From Oopsacas minuta (taxonomy: Eukaryota > Animalia > Porifera): 64,000 bases of DNA. Of the stretch, positions 12,861-24,913 are shown one piece after another (position 1 is the stretch's first letter; every line of letters begins with the position of its first letter). The position numbers and the translations under genes were made by a program. The stretch covers positions 186,001-250,000 of the forward strand of contig JAKMXF010000324.1 of NCBI GenBank assembly GCA_024704765.1, in the 5' to 3' direction. Under the pieces are notes generated by a model that was not told the DNA's origin, made no database searches, and was given only the letters and a program-made list of their open reading frames with translations.

Positions 12861-13615
12861 TATATACTTTTACCAAATTCTCCAAATTCGTATATACCAG
12901 AGCCCAAGACTGGTTCCCAACCTCTTTCGCCCAATGGAGTGCCTATTATATGTACAGCACGGGACCTCTGTTCCTTATACAGCGATTCGTATTACCCTTG
13001 CCTTATTAACGGTATTCACTTTATTAGGCAAAAATGAGAGTAGCAAGATATGTTCCTTTTCCGAATAATTCCAACTTGTCTAACCTTCCTTCTGTATACA
13101 TTATCTAAGAGCTATAATGTATGGCTTATAAATTAAAGAAGTCCCAAACACATATTATTGTAAGAAAGTTCTCTTATATGATTGCTTAATTAGCAAGTTC
13201 TTACAAGGAAAGATTGTGTTTATATGTGATAAGCATGCATGCCAATTGTCCAGGTTTATGCCATATGTTAGTGTCATGTCACGATAATAGGTGTTAAAAG
13301 AATTCCCCGCTCGTTTGTAAGCCGGAATAATCATTATTTGTACGTCCCGTTAAGAAACCAATTGACCGAATACATTTAGCATTCCTTCACTCCATTTTCT
13401 TTGGTGAAAATGTGTGACCAACTTTCGCTGGAGTATATTACCCCTTAATACACAAACATTGGCTCTATCGTCTAGACACGGGGCAAGAAATCGGAGCATT
13501 TGTCCTTCAAGTTTTGTCCGTTCTTCACAAAGATGATTTTTTTAATTGAATTGTAATACAATATTTAAATAAGAGACTGATTCAAGTGAGAAATGGGAAA
13601 CCCAAATTGTTTCCT

Positions 13616-14167
13616 TCATGTCCTGTGTTTATTCTGCTTTATCATATCAGAGAATATCTTTATCCCCTTCCAAACACCCTCCTGTGTCTGTGTCGAACAA
13701 TTCTGTACACACCATGGGTTCGTCACGAACTCTTTCAACTCGAAATACTCGATAATTTCATTAATACTCAAAGACCCTTCTATATCAATCTTATTCGTGA
13801 AGATGAGAACAGGGATATTCTCCTTTACATCTGGGTGTTTCAAAACGTGATAAAATTCATCTTTCGATTCTTTTAATCTCTCGCGAGTACTCGCATCTAT
13901 CATATATATTATACCCGAAGTTGTCATGTAAAAATGTGTCCAAAGGTGTCTTACCTTATGATGCCCGCCTACATCCCAAAGGCGGACAGTTAACTTCTTT
14001 GCAATTTGTAGTTCCTCAATGTTGAAGCCGACGGTTGGGAGCGTGGTGATCAATTCCTTGTATTTGAGTAGGTAAGTGAGTGTTGTTTTGCCAGAGCCGT
14101 CTAATCCTAGAATCAATACTCTCTTCGGTTCCTTGTTGAAGCATTCTAATAATCCGAAGCAACTCAT
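13616..14167 (-). CDS. ARF-like small GTPase (ARL), intron-less, 183 aa
   Basis: G1 GLDGSGKTT, PTVGFN, G3 WDVGGH, G4 NKID; complete ORF. Confidence 0.92.
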   Translation of the reverse strand: MSCFGLLECFNKEPKRVLILGLDGSGKTTLTYLLKYKELITTLPTVGFNIEELQIAKKLTVRLWDVGGHHKVRHLWTHFYMTTSGIIYMIDASTRERLKESKDEFYHVLKHPDVKENIPVLIFTNKIDIEGSLSINEIIEYFELKEFVTNPWCVQNCSTQTQEGVWKGIKIFSDMIKQNKHRT

Positions 14168-15113
14168 TTTGCTGAAAGAATAATTTTTATGAGAGTTAAC
14201 CTTTTAGGCGTTTTATATGGAATTTATTTATGCTATAAAGCCATATACAGTCTGCAGATGCTTTCAACCGTGTTAACCATAGACTTTGTCAAGTTTCATT
14301 TATTATATCATTAAAATCGTGAATCGATAAACTATATTTTCCCCATTCACTACAGCTGAATTGATTATACAAATATGAATACTTGTTTTGGAAACGTTTT
14401 GAAATATTTTGAAATTACCCGATACATTGGCGGGTCATAATTCCTGAGAACGTTCGTTGATTTACGGAAAGTATTATAGTTAGAATTAATGATAGCTAGT
14501 GCGATACATGTGTAAGATTACTGATAAAAAGCTCAACTAATTCTCCAACACTTCTTTTGTTTTGTCAACATATTATTTTCTAATAAAGTTAATTATATCT
14601 GACATTACCGCAATATTTATATAATCAAGATTTGACCATTTTCCTTGAGCTTTTCGTTGAATTTCAAAACGCTTTTCAATCGCTTTGCAATTATTGAATT
14701 ATCATACTCTCATTATTTGAAGTTTCTAAGTAAAGATGAACTACGTAGAACCAGACTAGATTGTTTGCAATTAAATAAGAGCGCGCTCCAGTGTGTGCGC
14801 TCTTTCAAAAATGGAGCGCTCTACCTTCCTCTCCTAAATTCTAAATGGAGCGCGCTCCTTTAATGCTCTTGATAGAACATCCCAGGAATAGCTGACATAT
14901 CGCCGTCGTTTTGCTAGCGAGTTTCTCCATGTAGTCATGGAAACTTGCAATTCTCACGAATTTATCGCGTCTCTAAATATATTAAATATTTTAGTTGCTG
15001 TTAACAGCAACTAAAACTCGGTTACGTACGAGTTCTACTGTACAATTTTAATCATCAATTGTTATGCCAAATTTTATTGATCAACAATCTTAACACAATT
15101 TCTAAGCTACAAG
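14168..15113. promoter_or_regulatory. Putative bidirectional promoter between ARL (-) and CHMP1A (+)
   Basis: Head-to-head starts 946 bp apart; GC-rich GAGCGCGCTC palindromes at about 14779 and 14849. Confidence 0.4.
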
Positions 15114-15740
15114 ATGGCTAATTATTTCCGTAAGCCTGATCTTACAGAAACGATGTTTACTTTAAGAATGACTCAAAGACAACTTGAAAAGCAGGCGGCT
15201 AAATCCGAGAAAGATTCATTAGTTCAAAAGGCTAAAATCAAAAAAGCTCTGCAACAAGGTAATGTAGAAGGGGCTAAGATATACAGTGAGAACACAATCC
15301 GTAAGAAAAACGAGGGACTCAATTTTCTGAGAATGGCGGCGCGTGTAGACGCTGTCCATAATAAGGTCCAGACCGCAATGGTTATGAAAGACATTACAAA
15401 ACAAATGGGGAAAGTAACCAAAGGGTTGGATGCAGCCTTGAAGACAATGGACTTAGAGAAGATTACAAAGACTATGGGGGAGTTTGAGAAGGTATTTGAA
15501 GAGTTGGATGTTCATTCACAGGTATTAGAGGGAGCTATGTCCTCCGCAACCACCTTAACGACCCCTCAAGACCAAGTGGATAACCTTATTGTGCAAGTCG
15601 CCGAGGAGAATGGTATGGACGTGTTGTCCCAATTAGCCGAGGCCACGCCAGGAGTAGGGGTCCCGGCAGAGGCTAAACCTGTCGCCAAAGAGGAGGACGA
15701 TCTCTCTAGACGTCTAGCCGAGTTACGGGGTGCTAACTAA
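15114..15740 (+). CDS. CHMP1A: ESCRT-III subunit CHMP1 (CHMP1A-like), intron-less
   Basis: RKKNEGLNFLRMAARVDAV, MSSATTLTTPQDQVDNLI..AEENG, and C-terminal MIM DDLSRRLAELR. Confidence 0.93.
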   Translation: MANYFRKPDLTETMFTLRMTQRQLEKQAAKSEKDSLVQKAKIKKALQQGNVEGAKIYSENTIRKKNEGLNFLRMAARVDAVHNKVQTAMVMKDITKQMGKVTKGLDAALKTMDLEKITKTMGEFEKVFEELDVHSQVLEGAMSSATTLTTPQDQVDNLIVQVAEENGMDVLSQLAEATPGVGVPAEAKPVAKEEDDLSRRLAELRGAN

Positions 15741-16151
15741 GGAATGTGGGAACTATTTGGCATGTTTTTGAGGATTCATATATTTACACTGATTAATGCT
15801 TGTTTGTTTATTTGTTTGTTTGTCTTTTATTTCTACCCTGTGACCTCATGTGTATATTTTGCTACTTCTATAGTACATACGTAAATTCCAAATAAAACTT
15901 CCATAGCAACGAACAGTAATACTTCATACGAATTACTAAATATTAGTTGCATATTTTGTTAAAACTTAGTAATTTTGAAAACGAATATTTGAACTTCCTG
16001 CTTAGCAAAAAGTTACAATTTATATGTGACTAAACATTAGCTAAGATTATCGCTGATAAATAATTATAAGAAATAATATGTCCTCCAAAAATATATATTT
16101 TGTATTGATTTCAATAAACTACGGAGTTTCCAGTTCTAAAATTAGTATCAG

Positions 16152-17710
16152 ATGTTTGCGCCGAGTCTCAAGAATGAATTACAGGAGTACTGCACCAGTA
16201 GGACGTGGCGGTACCCTGTTTATGATCTGTTAGAAGTGGATCCTGAATTTTTAGTTCGTGTGAAAGTTACCCGAGACGATGGAACAGTATTAACCGCAGA
16301 TGGATTTGGTCCTAGGAAGAAATGTGCTGAAAAGGCAGCCGCTGGAAATTTACTTTTAAAGTTACAAGCAGCTAAACTAGAACCCGATGGTGTTAGCTCG
16401 ATACCAGAGGGGACAACTGAAGTCCCCATGGATGAAACTCAAGGGTATGCACCATAATATGATTATAAATATGATAAATATCCAAGTTTGATATTTGGAA
16501 ATGTCAGAATCGAATTGTATGCATACGATTACCCCGGACTACCGTTGAAACGAAACCTCTAGCATTATTTTGAATTATTGACTAAAAGGTGTGAAATATA
16601 ATTAATCATATGTAAATAATAAATATATACATGTCACACGCTTCAACAGCCAATAGGATGTAATAATTTATTAATTTAATTATCATAGAGCTACTCCGCT
16701 ACTCAACCAATCAACTTCTGTCCCTCCTTCATCAGGAAAGAATTACAGAAGTAGTTTATCAGAGTATTGTCAGCACCATGGATGGAAACCTCCTAAATAC
16801 GAGCAGATGGAGTCAACGGATGCTCCACATAGGTATGTACTATTGTGGTAATTTAATTATGATAGTGCTGTGCTGTATGTGCTGCAGGGGATATTTAATC
16901 TGCTGGACACAGTCCAGAGAATTACTGATAATAATTCACACCTTTTTCCCGTGATTATGACGTCATTAGCTATAAGAGCAACTGTTTCCGATTTCACAGT
17001 AGAGACTTTGCTGTTTGAACAATTGTACAGAATAACCTACATTAACGGGGTTCACTCGTATGGGACTTGGAATTTACTCCCAGAAGTTCCCCGTACCCAC
17101 AAGCTCTGTTTGTGGCGGCGGTTTTTAAACATACAATATCTCTGGTAGGTTTTTGATGCAATTAACTGTTGAGGATAAACAAGCTCTAGGAAGAGGAAGT
17201 AACAAGAAGGAAGCGAATGAAGAAGCTGCCAAAAACATGTGGAACTTAATTGAACAAGAAAATTCTATACCACTGAACGGAGCACCTTTAGATCATTACA
17301 AAATTATAAATCCAGATCCAGAAATTGGTGTATTGGAAGCTAACTCGAACCCTCCAATACCTATTGCAGATGGCGACACACTCTCTGTGGGTAAATTCAA
17401 TCCAGTCAGGGATCAAACTTCCACCAAATCAGTTCCAATTGCAACTAATTATGTGGAAGTGTTAGAGAAGATGCTCAAAGATGCGAACTCTGAGATGAAA
17501 ATAAGTTTTGTTCCCATTCCGACAGAAGGATTGACGACAGACGAAATATTTCTATTTATAAATATTGGGAAGCTTGATGCAACCCCTTTTAAAACAGGCC
17601 ACGGGAAGGGGGTAACCGAAGTGGAGGCTAGGAATGCTGCTGCTTATAACGTAATTCAACTGTTGCCAGATGAGTTTAAGCCAAATAAACAGAATAAGCG
17701 TGAAGAATAG
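16152..17710 (+). CDS. Triple-dsRBD protein 1 (TRBP/PACT/Loquacious-like architecture), 3 exons, ~332 aa
   Basis: Exons 16152-16444, 16689-16832, 17149-17710. dsRBD motifs KNELQEYC..YPVY..GPRKKCAEKAAA; YRSSLSEYCQHHGWKPPKY..GSNKKEANEEAA; degenerate third domain GKGVTEVEARNAAA. Confidence 0.85.
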
Positions 17711-18691
17711 AATTTATATGATCTGCTATTCTTAAGATATTCAGACATGCCGACAATTTTTGTATTTCTGGACAATCATGGGTGTATTGGCCCCTTGGAA
17801 CCCCTGGATAAATGAGATTTATAGGTGTCAATAATTGGAACTAATAGTTACGCTTTTATCTATGCACTGCAATTGACTTTCAACAACAAAATTTGTCTCT
17901 TATAAATATCTTAATTATATACACAACAATATTATTCAGTAAACATGTGATAAATATATCTACATCTTATAAGTATATTTCCAACGAACTTTCGGAGTAA
18001 TATCGCGTAACATTTGGCTATTTTCGTAATCTGATAGATCCTTTGATCTTCTATGACAGGTTTTGCTATAAAGCTAACGTTACTGACATTTCCCATTAAT
18101 GTTACTGCAGTTTATGATCTACGAGTTCGATATTTTCATTCTTTACCACACAAGGTAAGCAAATACAGTGAAACCTTCGTAAGTAACACCCTGGGGACAA
18201 GTCAAAATGTTCACATACTAGAGGTGTTATCATGACGTTGTGCGTAGCTTTGGAAAAACATTTGGGACCGAGACAAGGTGTGCACTTTTGGATATTTTAC
18301 TGGAGTTTTCTACGTACATGGCATGGTTTCGCATTTATCGTTAAAATATCTTCATTTATAAGCGCTAGGATAGCTCTACACCTCAAAATATTAATCATAC
18401 TTTTCCTTCCAGACATTTACCTAGATCCATGCTAATTTCCCACTCCAACAACTCGAGTGGTGCCTCAAAATATTTCTCTAACAAAACGTCTTTGAACGAA
18501 CTGTTAGTATCCGCCATAGAATGGATCATTTACAGTATTTCTCTGTCAATTATCTGAATCAGCCAAGAAGAGACTTTCCTTTTTCGGATAATTGAGTGGG
18601 AAATATTGTAGTAGCTCTGTCTCTTCCACTTTCCATTTACAATTTATAACTTATCGGAAACCAAAAATTATGTTAGAATAATTTCATAAGA

Positions 18692-19929
18692 ATGTCTGAC
18701 CATGGAGATTTACAGGGTTTATCTCTTCAAACAGAAGTCTCGACAATACCCACTACTAACCCCTTCTGTGACTCGAATTTGATAGATTTATATCCACAAA
18801 CATGCCCAACTTTATCCCCTACCTCTCCCGAAACACCTCCAAAACAAATTGAACCCTCTCTGTCTCCACCATCGCCCCCACAACAATCTCAATTTTCACC
18901 ACAATCTTCTCCAGTCGACAATCTCAAACAAATAATGATATCTCCAAATATCAAAGGAAGATTAATGGAATTTTGTGGCAAAAATAAATATGAACTTCCC
19001 AACTTCAAGAGAGAAGCGCCAAGGGATGGAGATTACACTACGAATTTAACTTGGTCCGCTCCTAGTGACGGTACCCACGAGCCTATAGTCTTTACAGAAG
19101 AGGCGTCAGCTAAAACTAAAAAGGATGCAGAGTGTAGTGCAGCTTCCAGAATGTTGGATAAAATTAGAGAGTACTCATTAGAACACAAAGTAATGGAACA
19201 AGGGAACTTTAAGGGAGATTTACAGCAATTGATTAGTTTGCACTGCTCCCAGTTTATGATGCCTAACTATACTACTTCACCTCATGGGATAGGCATATAC
19301 ACCTGCAATTTGGTTGTGGGAAATTCTCTTGGTAAGGATTTTGTCACTACAGGGCGAGGTGTCGGAAAGAAGTGAGTTAGATATGTAATATTAATTTTGA
19401 TTACAGTTGGTTTAAGGTACTATTTTATTGTACAATGGAACTTCGTTGATACGAACAAATATTTACACCTAAATCAGGTCTTACAATGGTTATTCAATTG
19501 GTATTACTCCGGATTTGAAGTACAAATTTGACCGTCCGTTTGTGTTCGTATTTAAGAGGTTGAATTGTATTTAGAACTGCAGAGAAAGAAGCCGCTGGGA
19601 AGATGCTAAATATTATTCGAGGAATTCTCCAAACATCCCCGATTCAATCTGATAATTCTAAAGATGATTGTGAAAGACTCGAAGCAAGGAAAAACGGATC
19701 ATTCCCTGACTACAGTATACACTATTTACCAGCTAAGCAAGAAGATCCAGATACTATTTGCCTTCTGAAGTCGTATAGTTTAGTTTTGAAACGAGAAGGC
19801 TTTTCGTCTATAGTTGTAGCCTCTGGTAGCGGTACGACTGATGAAGAGGCAAAGCTAGTTTGCGCGAAGTTGTGCTTACAACAAATAATTAGACTTAAAG
19901 AAATAATGTCGACACAGCAACCAAAATAA
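18692..19929 (+). CDS. Triple-dsRBD protein 2 with P/S/Q-rich N-terminus, 2 exons, ~344 aa
   Basis: Exons 18692-19371, 19575-19929. KGRLMEFC..PNF..AKTKKDAECSAA; KGDLQQL..GVGKK|TAEKEAA; third domain GSGTTDEEAKLVCA. Confidence 0.85.
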
Positions 19930-20107
19930 TCCAATTATCACTCTTTTGAGAATTATTCTCCTCATTCGCATTATTACCAGCTCTAGGCTTGTTTATTTAC
20001 TAATTTCTTATGTTTCGTATTTTGATATTTATGTTGTTGAAGTTTGTAACTTATCGACACTTAGGTTGGCAGATATTAAACCCCGCGTTCTTTGATTTTA
20101 AGCGTGT

Positions 20108-20271
20108 TTAGCTCCTGTTATATCAAACACGGATATATGGAGATCTACGCTTATGTCGAAGTCTGTAATTGTACAAATATGGTCCAAACCGTCAAAGTAA
20201 CTTATATGCCGTCTGTTATATCAAATTTATTATCACGTTCCTTTGAGCTTAGATATAACCGGAGTTTACTG
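20108..20271. mobile_element. MITE family 1 copy between dsRBD genes 2 and 3
   Basis: CTCCTGTTATATCAAACACGG...GGTCCAAACCGTCAAA...GAGCTTAGATATAACCGGAGTTTACTG. Confidence 0.75.
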
Positions 20272-20460
20272 ATTTTACATACTTCTGTTTTTGGCCAAGC
20301 ACCCGATTAATAACCGGTTACCCTATTATGCAGAGTCCACAATACTTTGGACTTTCCGGTTACCTCAGGGCGTGGCCAAAGTGTCCTTTAACAGCTCTAA
20401 TTTTTCGACACATTCTTTACCATACAACTATATGTTGATATAAGATTGGTATTCAGTTTA

Positions 20461-21584
20461 ATGTTAAGCCAGAATAGATACGGGAATTTACAGGGGACCT
20501 CACTCAATAATACTATTGAACCAATGGCAACTTGTTTACCAGAAACTTCGGAAATAATCGAGACGACAGATTCAGTACCTTCAGATTGTAAAAAACACTT
20601 TGTAGAATTCTGTCAGAAAAATAAAATACCAAAGCCGACCTTCAGACAAACGATTGACAGTTTCAGCAAAGATGGGTATGTAACAGAAGCTACATGGCAA
20701 GCTCCGAATGAGCCAGACAGTAAGCCTTTGGTGTTTTCTATAAAGGTACGCGGTAAAACGAAACGTGAAGCTGAAGGGGAAGCTTCAAAGAGGTTATTAA
20801 TAGAGGTAGAATCTTGGTTTGAACAACATAAACCTGAGGAAATTCTTGGAAATGTGAAAGGAGATTTACAGACATTGGTTGGTAAGAGTAATGGCCGTTT
20901 CAAGCAACCAGATTACCATATTGTTACTCAGGGAATGATAGAACTCCCAGTTTTCAATTGTACACTAACTGTTGATGATTCAATAGCTGGTAAACACACT
21001 ACTACAGGCAATGGTGTTGCTAAAAAGTAAGGAAATTCATATTATAGAAATCTTATCTATATACTAATACGCGTATAACGTATAACACCTTCTATGTGAT
21101 CTATTTTAACGTCTTATACGTGTAGGTTAATCTCGAAATATCAGATTTGACATTCTTAGACTTGTATAAGTCACATTATTATCAAGTATTAGAATTTGGT
21201 TAACTAAGCTGAGATTTCTCATTAACAATTCGAGGACTACTGTTTGATACAATATTTTATTGTAGAAATTAACCTAATAGAAGTTACGTCACCAAAAGTA
21301 ATAGATTGAACGTATAATGCGTCTTCATTGAAAAAGACGTGTCAAACAACTTAGCATGTATGTATTCAATAATTTATAACACAGCTGCTTGTGGCTCAAA
21401 CACTACATGACCATATCTCGAATTATTTGCTCAAAATTGCAGATGTGTTAGTCAAAGTGTCATCTTCCCGAAGACTTGTGTCTCGGGACAATTCTGAGAC
21501 AATTCCCTCTAGAATGCTTGTATTAGTATACATATGTGTTTTCGCTCTGCTGTTCCATCTTTAGAGATTAAGACACCAAATTCG

Positions 21585-21626
<42 letters not shown>

Positions 21627-22026
21627 GCAACAGTCTTTAAATCAATGCGTACTAAAAATAGATGAATGTGCTATTTCTAGAATTGCAGAGAAAGAGGCAG
21701 CTAACAAAATGCTTCGAATATTAACAGAAGTTCTTGAGTCAACTCCAACCCCTTTTGATATACCAAATGCCAATATAGAAGACATCCAGTCTGAGATAAG
21801 CAAATCATTCCCTGATTACAGAATAGAATATATAGAAGAGAAACAGGACAAAGAGAGCTGTATTTACCTCTTAACGTCCTGCACTTTAGTTTTGAAGAGG
21901 GACGAGCATCGGTCGATAGTTGTAGCCTCAGGTAGCGCTGCGACTGACGAAGAGGCCAAACTGGTCTGTGCTAGACTCTGTCTACAATATTCCCAACAAA
22001 TACGAGGGCTAATCGATACGAAATGA
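20461..22026 (+). CDS. Triple-dsRBD protein 3, tandem paralog of protein 2, 2 exons, ~303 aa
   Basis: Exons 20461-21026, 21681-22026; same intron position and phase as gene 2 (AA|A in KK); shared SIVVASGS..TDEEAKLVCA.LCLQ. Start may instead be ATG 20524. Confidence 0.85.
21588..21625. repeat. (ATT)n microsatellite in intron
   Basis: Visible trinucleotide run. Confidence 0.9.
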
Positions 22027-22661
22027 GTTAGAATGAATAATATTTTCGCTACCAATCTTAATCAAATTACTTTATACTTTATTACTTTTTCCATTGCAAT
22101 ATTCTCTTAGTATTCGTTCATTAAAGCGTGAAAATCTACTCAAATAATGGAGGGGTTCCCCAGGGGGCTAATGTCCCTACTGCGTCCAATCGGCCATCCC
22201 CTCAAAGTCCAAAGCCACAATACACCACTTTTTATGAAATTCTAACACCTTATATCGGGGATATTCAGCTTGTAATTACTGATATAGTATATGAACTTGT
22301 TGAGGTTGCTTGTTTAAGGGAAATTACAGTGTATTTCTCATTAATATTTTCAATTAAAGATTGAATTACCAATTGCAGCTATTCGGAGCATTACTGATTA
22401 TCAATCATTATAAATACTCTAATCTCCCCAGCGTTTCGCGTCCCTCCTGGAAAGTTGAAGCCCTATCCCCTGATAATAGAGACCCCTATATAGTCCAATA
22501 TTTGCCCCCCCCCCCCGTCAGGTCCCCTGTCCCTGAATTTACTCAATCGTGGTGTGTCGGCATATTCTCAGTTATGTCTGTATAATAATGCTTCAATAAA
22601 TATTGGTTAGAATCATAAGTGTTCATATCAATAAATATATCTAGCGAACAAATATCTTCAA

Positions 22662-23369
22662 ATGGCACAATCTAAGAAACCGAATAAGAAAGAAGAGGTG
22701 AAAGGGAAACTGCCTGATATCTTAGCACACCAGTGCGGGGATTGTACATATTATTGCTGCTTGTTCCCCCCTAAATCACGAGTATCATTCGGGATCTGGG
22801 CTAACATGCAAGCTTTCGTAGCGGCGATTGCCCTGTTCGGATCGGCGATACTCGTTTCGTCTTTCACTCAAACCGATAACACCGGCCTGTACAAGGCAGG
22901 AAGATATCTCAAATACTTAAACATTCCAATCGCCCTTTTCGTACTATTTTGTGAGTACCCGCGGGGTGCTAAGAAGGGAGGAGGTCGAGTAGAAGAGAGG
23001 TTTTTACAGAGTTACATTGCTCCCATTCATTACTTCTTTCGTTTCTTAACCCGCAACTATTTTATACGAAGCATAGTTTATGTGATCTTATCTGCACCTT
23101 CTCAGTTCACGCTACCCACAACTATGGCTGGTTTCATGCTTTTCAGTTCGGGATTGTTCTACTTTATCGCAGCTATTTACGACGAATGTTGGGTGCCGCC
23201 ATCCCTCGCTTGGGGCCGCGATTCTGATAAAAAGAGCAAGGAACCTGAAGGAAGAGCAGTGGACATGATGGAAGCTCCCGAAGAGCCGCCACCACGGTTG
23301 CCGCAAACGTCTCCCCATAGACCTAACCAAGATGTTAAAGGTAGTGAAGTATATATGAACAATCAGTAA
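22662..23369 (+). CDS. CYBA: Cytochrome b-245 light chain (p22phox), intron-less, 235 aa
   Basis: EYPRG..ER, TRNYFIRSIVYVILSAP, hydrophobic helices and C-terminal proline-rich PEEPPPRLP, matching p22phox organisation. Confidence 0.82.
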   Translation: MAQSKKPNKKEEVKGKLPDILAHQCGDCTYYCCLFPPKSRVSFGIWANMQAFVAAIALFGSAILVSSFTQTDNTGLYKAGRYLKYLNIPIALFVLFCEYPRGAKKGGGRVEERFLQSYIAPIHYFFRFLTRNYFIRSIVYVILSAPSQFTLPTTMAGFMLFSSGLFYFIAAIYDECWVPPSLAWGRDSDKKSKEPEGRAVDMMEAPEEPPPRLPQTSPHRPNQDVKGSEVYMNNQ

Positions 23370-23769
23370 CTAATTATGTACATAAACATTATTTTTGAGT
23401 GGAATGTTTGTTTTGTGTGATTGTTTATATCTTGTATATTATTGTGTGTATTTTAAGATGATGAATTACATAACCGGTCTTAAAATTGTATTCACCCGGG
23501 TGTTATGTCCTTTTAAGGCGCCTATTATTTAATAGAATTGCATTTACTTTAGACCTTATTTTCTATCTTAGCAAATTGCCTAAATATTTGTGAAGATAGT
23601 TCCCATTCTTACAGTGGATTATTGTGAGATGTTTGATCTTAGTTCCAGGACGTTCGGAATGTTATTAATGATAGGCTCTACTACTAGGCAGTGACGTTAT
23701 GCACGTAAGTACGGTTATATTTACAAGTACAGTATACTCTGCTTACTATTGTAACTAGTTAATCTAATC

Positions 23770-23863
23770 ACTTGGCTAGGAATAGACCGGTGAATCGAGT
23801 TCCACTTAATCGGGCCAATATGACCTGGTCCCGAAGTGACTATATTCAGCGGAGTCTGCTGTA
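23770..23863. mobile_element. Degenerate MITE family 2 copy
   Basis: TTAATCGGGCCAA..GGTCCCGAAGTG..ATTCAGCGGAGTCTGCTGTA resembles the right end of 35131-35273. Confidence 0.45.
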
Positions 23864-24112
23864 CATATGTAAATATCATTCACGTTAACTACCCCGTGTT
23901 TATTCTATAATAAGATTATTCACTAATTAAGGAAATTATTGTTTGTATATTTTGTTTTGTGTATTTTTATGTGTCTCAATTCAAAGTGGAATAGAGACAC
24001 TATATACAGGGGAGAAATCAGGTTTATTGTAAATTAGATTAGGCGGTTGGTCCCTCAGGGGATGCAGCGATTTCGCTGTGAGTGCACTTGGGACACACTC
24101 CGTACCTTTCCC

Positions 24113-24242
24113 CAACCGCGAGCCTATACGATTGGAGAGTGACAAGGGGAGCATGCATCCCATAATTGGGATGCACCTTCCTAGCTGTTGTACCTATACG
24201 TTGCCCTTGTCACCATTACAGTTACCTAGGCTCTCGCTTCGT
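24113..24242. repeat. Imperfect fold-back (nested inverted repeats)
   Basis: Core TGCATCCCA-TAAT-TGGGATGCA (24154-24175); GTGACAAGGG/CCCTTGTCAC; GAGCCTA/TAGGCTC. Confidence 0.65.
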
Positions 24243-24448
24243 TAATTGTATATACATGGCTTACCCAACAGATCCACCCCCACTTATAAACTGAAAGACC
24301 TATCGAACTTATCCACCTATAACTGAAGGTGTTACTAGTTAGTATCCGCCACCCAAGATCCATAATCCTCAAATAGTTGATCAGGCTAAGAGAGGGTACA
24401 GACCATGGATAATGAATACCAACTAGTGTTACGTGCGTTTCGTTTTAA

Positions 24449-24823
24449 CGTATTCGTATTCGTATTCGTATTCGATTCGTATCCGTATCGATTCGTATCC
24501 GTATCGATTCGTATCCGTATTCGATTCGTATTCGTATTCGTATTCGATTCGTATCCGTATTCGTATCCGTATCGATTCGTATTCGTATCGATTCGTATTC
24601 GTATTCGTATCCGTATTCGTATCCGTATTCGTATTCGTATTCGCATTCGTATCGATTCGTATTTGTTTCGTATTCGATTCGTATTCGTATTCGTATCCGT
24701 ATCCGTATTCGTATCCGTATTCGATTCGTATCCGTATTCGTATCCGTATTCGTATTCGTATTCGTATTCGTATCGATTCGTATTCGTATTCGTATCCGTA
24801 TTCGTATTCGTATTCGATTTCGT
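24449..24823. repeat. (ATTCGT/ATCCGT)n hexanucleotide microsatellite with ATCG interruptions
   Basis: Visible ~375-bp array; explains the repetitive ORFs in several frames. Confidence 0.97.
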
Positions 24824-24826
24824 TTC

Positions 24827-24913
24827 CGCGACACAACTCGACACACCACCGCGACACAACTCGACACAAACACCGCGACACGACTCGACACAAACACCAC
24901 ACAACACAACACG
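24827..24913. repeat. ~23-bp minisatellite (CCGCGACACAACTCGACACAAACA) x3 plus degenerate tail
   Basis: Three visible units directly after the microsatellite. Confidence 0.85.

Noticed and set aside
12732-13068. Three overlapping + strand ORFs
   Set aside because: They run through the 37-bp duplication and a hAT-MITE end (ACTGGTTCCCAACC); no protein features.
18000-18560. Coding-like minus-strand fragments between dsRBD genes 1 and 2 (e.g. MADTNSSFKDVLLEKYFEAPLELLEWEISMDLG)
   Set aside because: Broken by stops and frame changes, with no coherent exon chain or homology; at most a decayed pseudogene.
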